Of a stretch of 64,000 nt of DNA, positions 1 through 12,281 are shown one piece after another. Within the stretch, counting starts at the first letter, position 1. Each line of letters begins with the position of its first letter. Under the pieces are notes generated by a model. It had not been told where the DNA came from and did not search any database. It saw nothing but the letters and a program-made list of their open reading frames with translations. The DNA comes from Octopus vulgaris. Its lineage: Eukaryota. A program made the position numbers and the translations under genes. The DNA lies in NCBI GenBank assembly GCA_951406725.2, contig OX597830.1, positions 10,106,001 to 10,170,000 on the forward strand, read 5' to 3'.

Positions 1-1117
1 AACCCTCATCCAACCCCACCACTAAACTCGATTACTGCTGTATTACAACCCACAACAACACAAATGCCTGATCAATAGAAACAAGAATGCGTATCGCAAA
101 GGAAACGGTGCACATTAGCATATTTACTCTCCACTTTTAAAAGACTGTCTCCATGTTAAAAGAATGTCACAGTCGAAGTTATCCAGCAATCACCGACGTA
201 TATCCAGATTGCAACGCCATCTTACATGCTGTCCCGCCTCCCTTCTACGGCTAATACTATAAGCTTAGATATATAACGGACCAACGCAACAGCGTTCCCA
301 TCTCAGAAAGGTCGAAGAATTGGTTCCTTCTGGAATTGCAGCATTGAATTTCTATTGCATCAAACATAGCCAACCATTAACTCGGAGAAAATAATGAGAT
401 TAATGAATCCCATATAACCATAGACAGAATACTCACAGATTCATTTGTCTTGATGATCGTAGTCTGTGAGTTCATGCCATCGCGAAACCATCACCCATGG
501 AATGGCTCGTGTCTTAATATTTAATAGATCAATGTTATCAATAACGGCATTTGACATACATTTATAGATATCGATCTAAAATATGAATGGGATGAGATGG
601 TGATTTCTAGCAGCGTGATTTGAGAGAAGCAGCATTATGGAATAAAAGACAACAAAGATGGCCGTCAAGGTTGCAGTGGTAGAAATGTTGTTATTGCAGT
701 CGTTGTTGATGATGATTGTGAAGATTACGATGATGACGACAGCAACGGCTTCACCGACCACTATGACGATAGTTATGCCAACAATGTAGAGTGGCTGCGA
801 GGGCTCCTGTTTATACAGAGAAAGACGATGGGTTTCTAGGCCTACATTTAAACTTCCTTAATTCATTCCTAGAGAACGTGTTACATATTTAAAATAATCA
901 GTGTACTTAAGCAAAAGGGGGGTAGAGATGGGAGCTGATATAGTTTCATTTTTTTCTCTTTTCCACCCCCATAAAATGGTCTGCGAAAGAAATTAAAGGA
1001 ATTCAGGTCGATTTAATAATGAATATAGTTGTATAGTTTATTTTAGATTAAAAGACCAGCTGTGAAGCTGGAACTGTACAAATAATGGTAGCAATATTGA
1101 AATTTTCATTATTAATT

Positions 1118-1355
1118 TGTGGATTCATATTTTGGACGGAAATTCTTAAAACAGGCTCACACACACACATACATACACATATATACAAACAAACACTCAC
1201 ATATATTTAATCTTCTAATTCTCACTATATATATACTTACATACATATACGCACATTAAGCACAAAAACGCGTGCGCACATATACGCACGTATCTGAATA
1301 TTAATTTATGTACGTTGTACTTTAAGAATTTCCGTCGCCTAATTATGAATCCACA
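1118..1355. repeat. Spaced inverted repeat (~33-bp arms)
   Basis: 1118-1150 tgtggattcatattttggacggaaattcttaaa is the near reverse complement of 1321-1355 tttaagaatttccgtcgcctaattatgaatccaca; CA/TA-rich spacer. Confidence 0.75.
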
Positions 1356-1524
1356 CACGTGTGTATATAATTTCATACACACATTTCCGATAGAAAATAT
1401 AAACCCATGTCCAGGGAAATGATATATAAAACGCGAATGTTTATTTTAATGTGTGTACTTTGATTTTGTTAACATATGTAATACGGTTTAAATAGCTTTA
1501 TACATATATATATATGCCTGTGTA

Positions 1525-1578
<54 letters not shown>

Positions 1579-2182
1579 TATACTTAGTATCGCTATCCAT
1601 TTTAGATTCATTCAATTTCATTAAATCCTTTGTTAATGTAATTCACGTGGAAATAGTTTCACCACATGAACGTAGTATTTATTCCTGTCGATATTATAAG
1701 TGTTGCGCCCTCATGAGCTTCCATTATTGATTTTCTATTTCAAAGTTGATCGATTTGATGAATATAGATTTTGTTCATTAAGGAAAGAGTATTTCAATTT
1801 GAGTTTTAAGGAATTTTCGGTTGGTATTGGCAGATTCCGGGTTTTTTTCCCCTCCTTATAGATTTTGCCAATGCCAGCGCCGATAAAACCACCACCTCTT
1901 GAAAACGAATTATCCAATCATTTTGTTACCGGTTCCTCGATGGACTGTTTTATATAATACAAATAAGTATACACACACACACATATATGTATATACATTA
2001 CACACCCACGCACGCAAGCACATCCACATATATATATATATATAAAGATAAATTATATACTATTGACAATCTAATAATTTATATTATAATATTACAATAT
2101 TACATACTATGAATATAACATATTATGTAACATAAACAATTATTTGAAAACCCAAAAAGGAACTCTTTTCCTCAGTTTGTTA

Positions 2183-2224
<42 letters not shown>

Positions 2225-2225
<1 letters not shown>

Positions 2226-2385
2226 TGTAATATGTGATTATTATTCGGTAGCCAAGATAAAACTCCGAGTTTCGGATGCCGAAGTAGAAATCCACGCCAC
2301 CATCTCTTCAGTTATCAGATTTCCACCTCGGCATCCGAAACTCGGTGTTTTATCTTGGCTACCGAATAATAATCACATATTACAT
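2225..2385. repeat. Fold-back palindrome, Penelope-like terminus between microsatellites
   Basis: 68-bp arms 2225-2292 and 2318-2385 with about 3 mismatches and a 25-nt loop; (TA)n(CA)n upstream, (TCTA)n(TA)n downstream. Confidence 0.9.
2256..2316 (-). ncRNA. Type I hammerhead ribozyme candidate
   Basis: Minus strand: GAUAA-CUGAAGA-GAUG(n22)CAUC-C-GAAA-CUC GGAG U-U-UUAUC. Both core boxes present; stem I GAUAA/UUAUC, stem II GAUG/CAUC, quasi-palindromic stem III, GUU triplet. Confidence 0.7.
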
Positions 2386-2453
2386 TTACAGATAAATTCC
2401 TCTATTTACATAATATTGAGGTCTCTTTCTTTCTTTTTGCTTTCTTACCGTTT

Positions 2454-2574
<121 letters not shown>

Positions 2575-2779
2575 AATAAAAGGAATTCGAACCTTGTCTA
2601 CAAATTACACAGCCCAAGTGAAATCGAGAGGAAAATCAGAGAAAAGAATTTTATTGATAAATTCGAACCCAAGCTAAATAAGCAATAATAATAGGGTTAA
2701 AAGTTCTATTGCCACCACCATCACCACTAGCAACAATAATTAAGGTGCTGACAATGATGATGATGACAATTGAAATATA

Positions 2780-3195
2780 AAAATCCCTGACAAAGGCTAT
2801 TTACAACATTTCTAAAAATAGCCCAACGATTGCTGCTTCGGCCAGGGTTAAGATACAGGACTCTTGACATATTCAACAAAGCGTGACGCCTAAACCAATC
2901 AGCTTAAGTAATTGAGTGATACTACACACTGATTGGTCAGAATACAGTTTGCAAAACCTAGCAATCTGGAGCCTACACAGCTGTATTTAAGGCACAGATT
3001 TAATCATGACTGTCACCACTACTACATGAACTTGAAGATTGCAGAATTTAATGCATGAAAATACTAGTTCAATCAGAATGAACATTTAACATTCTAATAT
3101 TTTATTTTATTTTATATTATATTATCTTATATTATATCATAAGATTGTAAATAAAACGTGAAAATCAGACAAGGTTGGAATTCATTTTATTAATA
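2780..3195 (+). mobile_element. Penelope-like 3' terminus remnant with degenerate hammerhead-like motif (3027-3071)
   Basis: accaatcag/ctgattggt boxes, then tgaac-ttgaaga-ttgca(n8)tgcat-gaaa-atacta-gttca, AT-rich stretch, aataaa; end resembles 18968-19012. Confidence 0.45.
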
Positions 3196-3227
3196 TATTC
3201 TTCTATACACAATCACACACACCCGTA

Positions 3228-3311
<84 letters not shown>

Positions 3312-4428
3312 GTTTCAGATATACAAACTTCTTTTCATGATGACAAGAAGAGAACAACTCGGGCTGCTTATCTAACTGAATGAACATAGAGATAAAGTAC
3401 ACAGTATTTGTAATAGCATTTATTCATTCCTTCGAAGTTGACAATTCACTCTGCTGCTTCTTTGAATTTCTCATTGGAAGTCATTCTCGAGGCAACAAGA
3501 AACGAACGAAGGGACTTCGTGACTTACGGAACAAAAGCACCGGTTATGTCGCTTATTTTGGTCACTTACTTTGGCTTGGAATAGGACAAACAGCTATAGA
3601 CTGGCTGCTAAATAATGGGAGGAGTAAATTTGTAAAACAGAAATTTTGACTGCCGTATTCGGAGTAGGGAGAGATAATTCCTTGCGCTGTTCAGTGGGGT
3701 TCAAGCGACAAGTGCCATTAAGTCTCGAGGAAGTTTACCAAGGTCAAACTGTGCTTGGATGGCAAAAGATAATGTAAGGTCGGTGATAGAATACTTAATG
3801 TAGTTTAGGAAATTAATTTTAATTAAAGCCATGATGTGAACTAGTGATTATATTAATGATTTAATTTGGTTACGTGAGACAAATGAGATAACATTTTAAT
3901 TAATCAACATTAATTAAAAATAAAATCTGGGCTGGCAACTTTGGAGTGAATGTGATTGTAGCAGTAGTGTGATAAATACGGAGCTGTTTTTGTTTTATTA
4001 AACCTCATTAGTGATTTATAACCTTTATCTGTTTTTTGACAGACAAATAGGAATTGAGAATCACAAAGATTGTTTAGTGACGCAATAATATTAAATAAGA
4101 ACTCAGGAAAATGACACAGAGAGAGAACTTTACTATGAAAACCAAATGTTAAGTTCGGTTGGTGCTGATATTATTAATATAATGAACCTAGATATAATTA
4201 AATAATTAATTTACTGATTATTGCTGTGTTTCAGTTTCATACGAAACGTTCTGCTATATAGTTGTTTCCGGGTTTACTGAGTCAATGATATGTGTAGGTG
4301 GCGTGGTAGTGGCACTTGGTTATCAGGTCTGCAATTTAGGTTTTGTTGAATAGAAATTTTTTAATATGATTGCATGAGAACAAAATTTCGAGCTTCATAT
4401 CTAATATAGCAGAATATTGACTCACGAA

Positions 4429-4664
4429 GGGCGGCGAGCTGGCAGAAACGTTAGCACGCCGGGCGAAATGCGTAGCCATATTTCGTCTGCCGTTACGTTC
4501 TGGGTTCAAATTCCTCCGAGGTCGACTTTGCCTTTCACCCTTTCAGGGTCGATTAAATAAGTACCAGTTACGCACTGTGGTCGATATAATTGACTTAATC
4601 CGTTTTTCTGTCCCTGTTTGTCCCCCCCAATGTGTTTAGCCCTTTGTGGGTAGTAAAGAAATAG
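4429..4664 (+). mobile_element. tRNA-derived SINE family A, full length with 16-bp TSD
   Basis: A box tggcagaaacgttag, B box ggttcaaattcc; TSD gaatattgactcacga at 4412-4427 and 4665-4680. Confidence 0.92.
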
Positions 4665-4732
4665 GAATATTGACTCACGATGTTGTGTGTCACTCTCGAA
4701 CAAAGACTACTTTTCATCTATTTGAAACCTTA

Positions 4733-4960
4733 GGCGGCGAGCTGGCAGAAACGTTAGCGCGCCGGGCGAAATGCTTAGCGGTATTTCGTCTGTCGTTACG
4801 TTCTGAGTTCAAATTCCGCCGAGGTCGACTTTGCCTTTCATCCTCTCGGGGTCGATAAATAAAGTACCAGTTTCGCACTGGGTCGATGTAATCGACTTAA
4901 TCCCTTTGTCTATCCTTGTTTGTCCCCTCTCTGTTTAGCCCCTTGTGGGTAGTAAAGAAA
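4733..4960 (+). mobile_element. SINE family A
   Basis: ggcggcgagctggcagaaacg...gtagtaaagaaata, near-identical to 4429-4664. Confidence 0.9.
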
Positions 4961-5289
4961 TATATATTTCCTCTTGTTGACATGTTGGTGGTAACTCTGC
5001 TCTCTTTAATTTCCAAACAAATTTTGATACAAGAAGTGGGGGTCATTTTTATCCCTATGTATTTTTTGAGAGATTATCGTAGGTCCTTACGTAATTATTT
5101 TCATGAGATGTGAAGTTTTTTTTCAGCTACATTTTAGACGCTAGGATTGTGAGTTTGTGTTTGTATGACGTAGGTTGTGATTGTGCATTTAAAATGTGAC
5201 GTTACTTAAGGAGGCATAACTAAACTTATCAATGTTCTTATTGAACAGGTTGTCATTGTGAGCTACACGAAAATACATTTAATTCTTTT

Positions 5290-5645
5290 ATTATTTTACT
5301 TGTTTCAGCCATTTGACTGAGCCATACTGGAGCACCGTCTTTGTAAGCCTAGTACTTATTTTATCGTTCTCTTTTGCCGAACCGCTAAGTTAGAGAGACG
5401 TAAGCACACCAACGCCGGCTGTCAATTGATGGTGGGGGGACAAACACACAAATATAAACATATACACGACGGCTTCTTTTAAACATACACGACGGGCTTC
5501 TTTCCGTTTCCATCTACCATATCCACTCACAAGGCTTTGGTCGGTCCGAGGTTATAGTAGAAGATACTTGCCAAAGGTGCTACGCAATGGAACTGAACCC
5601 AGAACCATGTTGTTGAAAGCAAACTTCTCACCACACAGCCACGCC
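5290..5645 (-). mobile_element. tRNA-derived CORE-like SINE family B (bipartite)
   Basis: Reverse complement of ggctgtgtgg...gggttcagttcca...gaagcccgtcg plus 3' half ending ctgaaacaagtaaaa. Confidence 0.85.
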
Positions 5646-5649
5646 AGCA

Positions 5650-6030
5650 TTTATGCCTGATTTATTAGCTTCAGTGAACGGAGGATTAAGCTACATCATC
5701 GACTTTCTCTACCTATTCCTGGGATGGTCGTGGTGGTTGAGTCTTCAGGTACCACCTCCACAGAGCCATACCAGAAGCAAACGTCATTACATGTTCCTGC
5801 TGGCTTCCAAGCGTGACCCGCCGAGACTTGGTCTACCTACTGCGTCTCCTGCCAGTTGGCTCAGCAGGAAAAATCTGCTTTGCGATTCTTTGTTGCGACA
5901 GTCTAAGAACATGTCCATAGTCCCGGAGCTATGATCTCTCAATGCGGAGAAGTATCGGCACAACCTACAAAGACTCCCTAACGTTTGATCTATGCACCCT
6001 ATCAAGCGACATTGCTCCGTATACAGTTTC
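5650..6030 (-). mobile_element. Degenerate RTE-clade LINE ORF fragment
   Basis: Minus translation LDRVHRSNVRESL*VVPILLRIERS*LRDYGHVLRLSQQRIAKQIFPAEPTGRR matches the RTE C-terminal LLRIERSQLRWxGHV pattern; stop codons present. Confidence 0.75.
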
Positions 6031-6192
6031 TTTTTGTTCTATTGTTTTGTGGTGCCTTGTCACATTTCTTTTTTTTATTTTTTGCTTTGTGACTGTATAA
6101 TATATCAAAATCCTTATATCCAAAGGATAGTAGGTTAAATATTCTATACTCCATGGCTTAAGTTGTTAGTATAGCTGAGTGACAGCCAGTGT

Positions 6193-6810
6193 AAGGCGGT
6201 GATGTGGCAGAAACGTTAGCACGCCGGGCGAAAGGCTTGGCGGTATTTCGTCTGCCGCTACGTTCTGAGTCCAAATTCTGCCAAGGTGGACTTTGCCTTT
6301 CATCCTTTCGGGGTCGATTAAATAAGTACCATTTACGCACTGGGGTCGACATAATAAACTTAATCCGTCTATCTGTCCTTGTTCGTCCTCTCTGTGTTTA
6401 GTCCCTTGTGAGTAGTAAAGAAATAGGTATTTCGTCTGCCTTAATATTCTGAGTTCAAATTCCACCGAGGTCGACTTTGCCTTTCATCCTTTCGGGATCG
6501 ATAAATTAAGTAGCGGTTGCATAATGGGGTCGATCTAATCGACTCTCCCCGCCCCCATAATTTCGCGCCTTATGCCTCGAGTAGAAAGGATATCTTTTAA
6601 AGCGGCGAGCTGGCAGAAATGTTAGCACGCCGGGCGAAATGATTAGTGGCATTTTGTCTGTATTTACGTTCCGAATTCAAATACCGCCGAGATCGACTTT
6701 GTCTTTTATCTTTCCGGGGTCAATAAATTAAGTAGCAGTTGCGTACTGGGATCGATCTAATCGACTAGCTCCCTCCCCTAAACATTCGGGCCTTGTGCCA
6801 AGAGTAGAAA
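6193..6810 (+). mobile_element. SINE A cluster: dimer with head-less second unit plus an older copy
   Basis: Head at ~6193, junction aaagaaatag|gtatttcgtc at 6426/6427, alternative tail to ~6590; next copy 6602-6810. Confidence 0.88.
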
Positions 6811-7366
6811 AGACTGACAGCCAATGTTTTGTCTTCATATACACTACATGATCATTTGCACTTTTACTGATGTAGTGCGGTGATGCTAAACCATTTTTTA
6901 TTGCATGTGGACCCCTTTCATTCCTACTTGCATATGGACCCCCCTTTTGTTCCTATGTTACTCGTAGCTATTCGATGTTAGAAATTTCCTATTGTATTTT
7001 CATATTAGGGATTATATAAAAATTGTCAAAAGTATTTTGTGCATTGTACAAATACAACCAGTTTATTGGATATAAATTTTAAGATCAAATTCGTATGTGA
7101 AGCCCCAAGAGTCAAATGGATACCAGTTCAGTTCCACTGATGCAGTGCATAAAGCAGAAGTCTAATGTAAATTTGGGAACATTGATATTTATAAAATACA
7201 TGCTGGATACCATTATTGCGTTAAATTCCTTAAATGTGCTAGTTTGTTCTTTCCTGGTCTTGCTACTATATAATGGCCAATCATATTGTTTCGAACTTCT
7301 GGCACATCGTCCATAGGTCATCGTATTCTGGTGAGTGCTTAATATTTACTTAACGGTATCTGGGAT

Positions 7367-7600
7367 AGGGCGGCGAGCTGGCAGAAACGTTAGCTCGCCG
7401 GGCGAAATGCTTACCGGTATTTCGTCTGCCGTTACGTTCTGAGTTCAAATTCCGCCGTGGTCGACTTTGCATTTCATCCTTTCGGGGTCGATTAAATAAG
7501 TACCATTTACGCACTGGGGTCGATGTAATCGACTTAATCCCTTTATCTCTCCTTGTTTGTTCCCTCTGTGTTTGGCCCCTTGTGGGTAGTAAAGAAATAG
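7367..7600 (+). mobile_element. SINE A with TSD
   Basis: Full copy flanked by ggtatctgggata (7355) and ggtatctggaata (7600). Confidence 0.9.
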
Positions 7601-8204
7601 GTATCTGGAATATAAAGGACGTATATTCCGTGAATGTCTGCGACATCGGAAGCCCATCTTTCAATAAGATTTTCTTCACACAGTAGAAATAATCATAAAA
7701 GGAAAGCAACTTTCAGTATTTCGTTATACTATTGGGGTTATTCTTGCTAATACCGATGGACTTGGTATTACTCAAGTATAAGGGATTTGGGAGAAATGGT
7801 ATAGAAACTGCGAGTTAATATCCCATTCTGTTGAACTTCTTTGATTCTTATGCTTTGAAGTTCTTAATCCACTTAATTAGTGGGTTTTTGCTGCTTTAAT
7901 TACGGTATTTCCGCGGTGTTTTAATTATTATTGCATGACTGAAGAGAAGTAACGTAAAATGATAAAATCGGGAATGTTTGTGAGGCAAAGACGATTGCTT
8001 TTCATGCATGTGGTTTTGGGATCAGTTTCACTACGTGTCACCTTGGCCAGGTGTCTTTTATTATAGCTCCAAATCGACCCTTGCGTTGTGAGCGAATTTG
8101 GTAGAGGGAAACTGCCTGAAAGTCCGTATAAGTACACACACACACACACACACGTGCGTGTTTGTGTCTTTATTTTTACGATTGTCCCCTACTCATCACT
8201 TCAT

Positions 8205-8244
<40 letters not shown>

Positions 8245-8563
8245 ATTTGGCTCAAAAGCAAATAGCAAGGCCATGTAGGGGGACATGGAGTTAAGTACAG
8301 GGTGGTGTTCATGTAAAGAGTTCAGGCCACTTGTGGTCCAGGGAGGCTTTGAACAAAGCGGTCATTGGCATCTTCACCATCTCATCTGGCAGCTTGTTCC
8401 ACGGATCCGCAACCCGGACGGAGAAAGCTCCTCTCCTTCGATTGAGATGAAATCGTCGCAGGTAGAGCTTTTCGGAATGACCCCGCAGCCGACGCTCCGG
8501 AGCAGGAGTGAAGAACAGCTCTTTCGAGAGGTTACACTTCCCGCTTATGATGTTGTGGGCGAG
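8205..8563 (-). mobile_element. CR1-clade LINE 3' end, 5'-truncated, (TAAC)n tail
   Basis: 8563->8309 reads open: LAHNIISGKCNLSKELFFTPAPERRLRGHSEKLYLRRFHLNRRRGAFSVRVADPWNKLPDEMVKMPMTALFKASLDHKWPELFT* (RGH..KL, FS.RV..WN.LP motifs); 3' UTR, then (TAAC)n at 8205-8244. Confidence 0.9.
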
Positions 8564-8691
8564 TTAGTTAATTTGGCTCAAAAGCAAATAGCAAGGCCAT
8601 GTAGGGGGACATGGAGTTAAGTACAGGGTGGTGTTCATGTAAAGAGTTCAGGCCACTTGAGGTCCAGGGAGGCTTTGAACAAAGCGGTCAT
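8563..8691 (-). mobile_element. Second short copy of the same CR1 3' end in tandem
   Basis: Near-identical to ~8237-8365 (one substitution seen), with a short taac tail abutting the 5' end of the longer copy. Confidence 0.9.
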
Positions 8692-10329
8692 GACTGGTAT
8701 TGACTTGTTTACATTTTCATAGCTTAGCGGTTCGGCAAACGAATAGGTCGAGAGAAAAAGCACCAAATTTTAAAAAAAAAGCTAATTACTGAAACTAGTA
8801 AAAGATAAATGGGAAAATATTCGCTGCTTCTGATTAAGGAATCTGCCGTCAGAAACGAAAGAAACAAATGTTGCACAAAAATTTATTTCTAGAAAATCTT
8901 CGAATAAATAGCATCCATCTTGGTGTTAAAAACTCCTCAAACTTGGTGACACGGCAGGATTTTAGAGGACGAGATGCTGGAATATTTGCAAAAGCATCTA
9001 TAAAATATCGATACAGGCATGGTCGTGTAGTAAGCCCCAATTCTTAAATGGACTATTAGTCCAAAAATTTGTAAAACTGAAGTAAGAGGTTCATTACCTC
9101 GTTTTGTCTTTTTCTGTGTTAAAAAAGAAGAGAATAATGTTTTAGAGAAGCAGAAAATCGGCGGACGCTTTCTGTCTTCTCCCATGAATATAATCCTTAT
9201 CATTATTCACCTCATCAATGTCTTTGTCCAGCCCGCAAGCTACTCTGTGTCATGCCATTATGGCAAAATTTTTGAAATAAAGCAGTTGGCTTCCTAACAA
9301 CATGGTCCCGCGTTCAAACCCCTACATGACATCCTGGGCAAGTGTCCTCTATAGCCTCGGACCGACCAAACCATGTGTGTGTGTGTATGTGTGTGTTTGT
9401 GCTTGTGCTTGCCCACCCCAACCGATTGACAACCGGTGTTGGTGTGTTTACAAATGATTGAATCAAGTAAAAGATTAAAAAAAAAGAACTAAAAGATGAA
9501 TATCTTCATGGTATTCATGACTACGTAACATAACATTTCAACTTCTTCAACATGACCAATCAACAATTGGGCAGTTGTGAGATCCTTGATGAAGCAACAT
9601 CCGCCAGAGATAGACCCAACCCAGCGACATCAAATACCAAGATACAGATACAGAGTATAAACATCAACGACGGTGGTACCGCCGCATGCCGTATCCTGTT
9701 GGCGAGTACAATCAACAAACGTCATGCACTCACATACTCCTTACATATTAAATTCTACGCAACGAGTACATATAGATAACAGTCTCGCGGTCTAAATACG
9801 GGGTCTATTTTCACAGTAAGGCTAAAATATATTTATTTAGCAAATGAAAGCAGCTTCGTATATGAATTTTGTTCTAATATTTATTTTGCCAGTCTTTCTG
9901 TTAATTAATATGCTCAAACGACACAAGACTTCTCTATAAAGATGTTTGAGACTACTTTGCTCAAGTTAATCTCATTCGCTCTCTTTTTCTCTCGCTCTAT
10001 GTCTCTCTCACTCTCTTTCTTTCTCATTCTCTCTCTCTCTCACTCTCTTACCATCTCTATCTGTGTTCTCGTTGACTTCTCTCTACCAGGTTTGGTAGAA
10101 TAAGCAGTAATAGAATTCAGTAGGTGAGCATAGAGATTTTATCTTTTTTAATTCATTTTTAATCGGTAGTAGTAGTTACAATATGACTGACATGGTAGTT
10201 ATCAAACACTTAACATTTAAAGGCAGCTGGAGAAGTGCCGTGACCGAAACCCTCGACACTTGAGTCACATTGCAACTTCTGCCGATTCAAAACCATATGT
10301 ATATATACAATAATGCATATAGATATATT

Positions 10330-10360
<31 letters not shown>

Positions 10361-10434
10361 CGAAAGATACACTCCTCTATATAAACAAATGCGTTTACAG
10401 ACATACCTATCTATTTAACTGTCTGTATATAAAG

Positions 10435-10465
<31 letters not shown>

Positions 10466-10481
10466 GATACTGAAGTGGTAC

Positions 10482-10860
10482 TCTTTTACTTGTTTCAGTC
10501 ATTTGACTGCGGCCATGCTGGAGCACCGCCTTTAGTCGAGCAAATCGACCCCGGGACTTATTCTTTGTAAGCCCAGTATTTATTCTATCGGTCACTTTTG
10601 CCGAACCGCTAAGTGATGGGGACGTAAACACACCAGCATCGGTTGTCAAGCAATGCTAGGGGGGCAAACACAGACACACACACTTATATATATATACATA
10701 TATGCGACAGGCTTCTTTCAGTTTCCATCTACCAAATCCACTCACAATGTATTTGTCGGCCCGGGGCTATAGCAGAAGACACTTGCCCAAGATGCCACGC
10801 AGTGGGACTGAACCCGGAACCATGTGGTTGGTTAGCAAGCTACTTACCACACAGCCACAG
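10482..10860 (-). mobile_element. SINE family B, full length
   Basis: 3' half, internal (TA)n/(CA)n, and tRNA head gctgtgtggtaagtagcttg...gggttcagtccc on the minus strand. Confidence 0.9.
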
Positions 10861-10879
10861 ATATTGTTTATCTAAGCGC

Positions 10880-11199
10880 ATGCGTGCTTATAATTTGTGC
10901 TATTGTGGTCACGTGATCGAAGTTTTTAGTCTGGTCGCGCCAATTTTCTTTCTGGCTTTACAGTGTAAGCATGGCCGCTCCACTAGCGATGTGCACCAAA
11001 GCAGAACAAAGAGCAGTGATCCGATTTCTCTGGTCACTGACAATTCACTACTGGGCCGAAGTGTGTATGAGTGGATCTAGAAGTTTAAAAGTGGTTGGAC
11101 AAGCGTAACGCACGAAGAGGGAACTAGGCGCCCGTCAGCCTCCACCACTGACGAGAAGATACAGCAAGCTCGAGAGATAGTAATGGTGAACCGGTTCAC
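10880..11199 (+). mobile_element. Mariner transposase 5' fragment (left arm of a palindromic MITE)
   Basis: ATG at 10971: MAAPLAMCTKAEQRAVIRFLWS...VYEWI*KFKSGWTSVTHEEGTRRPSASTTDEKIQQAREIVMVNR, a mariner N-terminal HTH pattern with a deletion and a stop. Confidence 0.85.
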
Positions 11200-11705
11200 A
11201 CAGAAAAAGTTAAAACGAAGTAATGAACCTCTTACTTCAGTTTTACAAATTTTTGGACTAATAGTCCATTTAAGAATTGGGGCTTACTACACGACCATGC
11301 CTGTATCGATATTTTATAGATGCTTTTGCAAATATTCCAGCATCTCGTCCTCTAAAACCCTGCCGTGTCACCAAGTTTGAGGAGTTTTTAACACCAAGAT
11401 GGATGCTATTTATTCGAAGATTTTCTAGAAATAAATTTTTGTGCAACATTTGTTTCTTTCGTTTCTGACAGCAGATTCCTTAATCAGAAGCAGCGAATAT
11501 TTTCCCATTTATCTTTTACTAGTTTCAGACATTGGTCTGCGGCCATGCTGGGGCACCGTCTTGAGAGTTTTAGCCGAACAAATCCGTCTTTTTAATTAGC
11601 TTTTTTAAAGTTTGGTGCTTTTTCTCTCGACTTATTCGTTTGCCGAACCGCTAAGCTACGAAAATGTAAACAAGTCAATACCAGTCATGCAGCGATGGGT
11701 GGGAG
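11200..11705 (-). repeat. Inverted duplicate of 8689-9119 inserted in the mariner palindrome
   Basis: 11198-11689 is the near-identical reverse complement of 8689-9119 plus 64 nt absent from the donor; flanked by accggttcac at 11190-11199 and 11706-11715. Confidence 0.92.
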
Positions 11706-11870
11706 ACCGGTTCACCATTACCATCTCTTTGATCACTGCTCTTTGTTGTTCTTTGATGCAAATTGCTAGTGGAGCGACCATGCTAAGCACTGTAAAGCCA
11801 GAGCGAACAATGGCGCCATCAGGCTCAAACATCAATCACGTAACCGCAAGAGTACCAACTACAAGCACAC
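11706..11870 (-). mobile_element. Inverted, internally deleted copy of the mariner 5' fragment (right arm)
   Basis: ccggttcaccattac and gatcactgctcttt...ctagtggagcgaccatgctaagcactgtaaagccaga are reverse complements of 11180-11194 and 10951-11020. Confidence 0.8.
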
Positions 11871-11879
11871 ACAAGCACA

Positions 11880-12085
11880 GCTGTTCAAGAGTTTGGACCT
11901 GGACATCTCCATTTCCAGCGACTTTGAGGGCCACCTCCCAGTGGTGTAGGGCGTCAACGAAGAGCCCTCGACTACAACAAGACGACCAAAGTATTTTTTT
12001 TCCAAGGTCTGGGGTCTCCAGCCCCCTAAGCCCCAGACCATCACCTAATCACCCTTACCCGCCTTAACAACAACAACAACAACAC
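11880..12085 (+). mobile_element. Probable non-LTR 3' end with stem-loop and (CAA)n tail
   Basis: 9-bp stem ggtctgggg (12006-12014)/ccccagacc (12031-12039), then (caa)n; family not recognised. Confidence 0.4.
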
Positions 12086-12228
12086 CCGCACAGAAGGTAG
12101 TGAGTCAATAATAAAGATATGCTACGGCGAAAAGTGCGGATAATGTTTGATTTCCTGTCGTATATATATATATACACATATATATATATGTGTGAGATAT
12201 TATAGGTAGGTAGATAGATATATGTATG

Positions 12229-12281
<53 letters not shown>

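Noticed and set aside
449-515. Hammerhead-like ttgatga...gaaaccat...atggctc
   Set aside because: Core mismatch, no stem I and no proper NUH triplet; insufficient support.
11146-11160. ctgacga hammerhead box (likewise at ~16710 and ~55708)
   Set aside because: The first lies in mariner coding sequence; none has a stem II and GAAA partner.
11183-11468. Duplicated small ORFs also seen at 8849-9203
   Set aside because: Explained by the recent inverted duplication; no recognisable domain.
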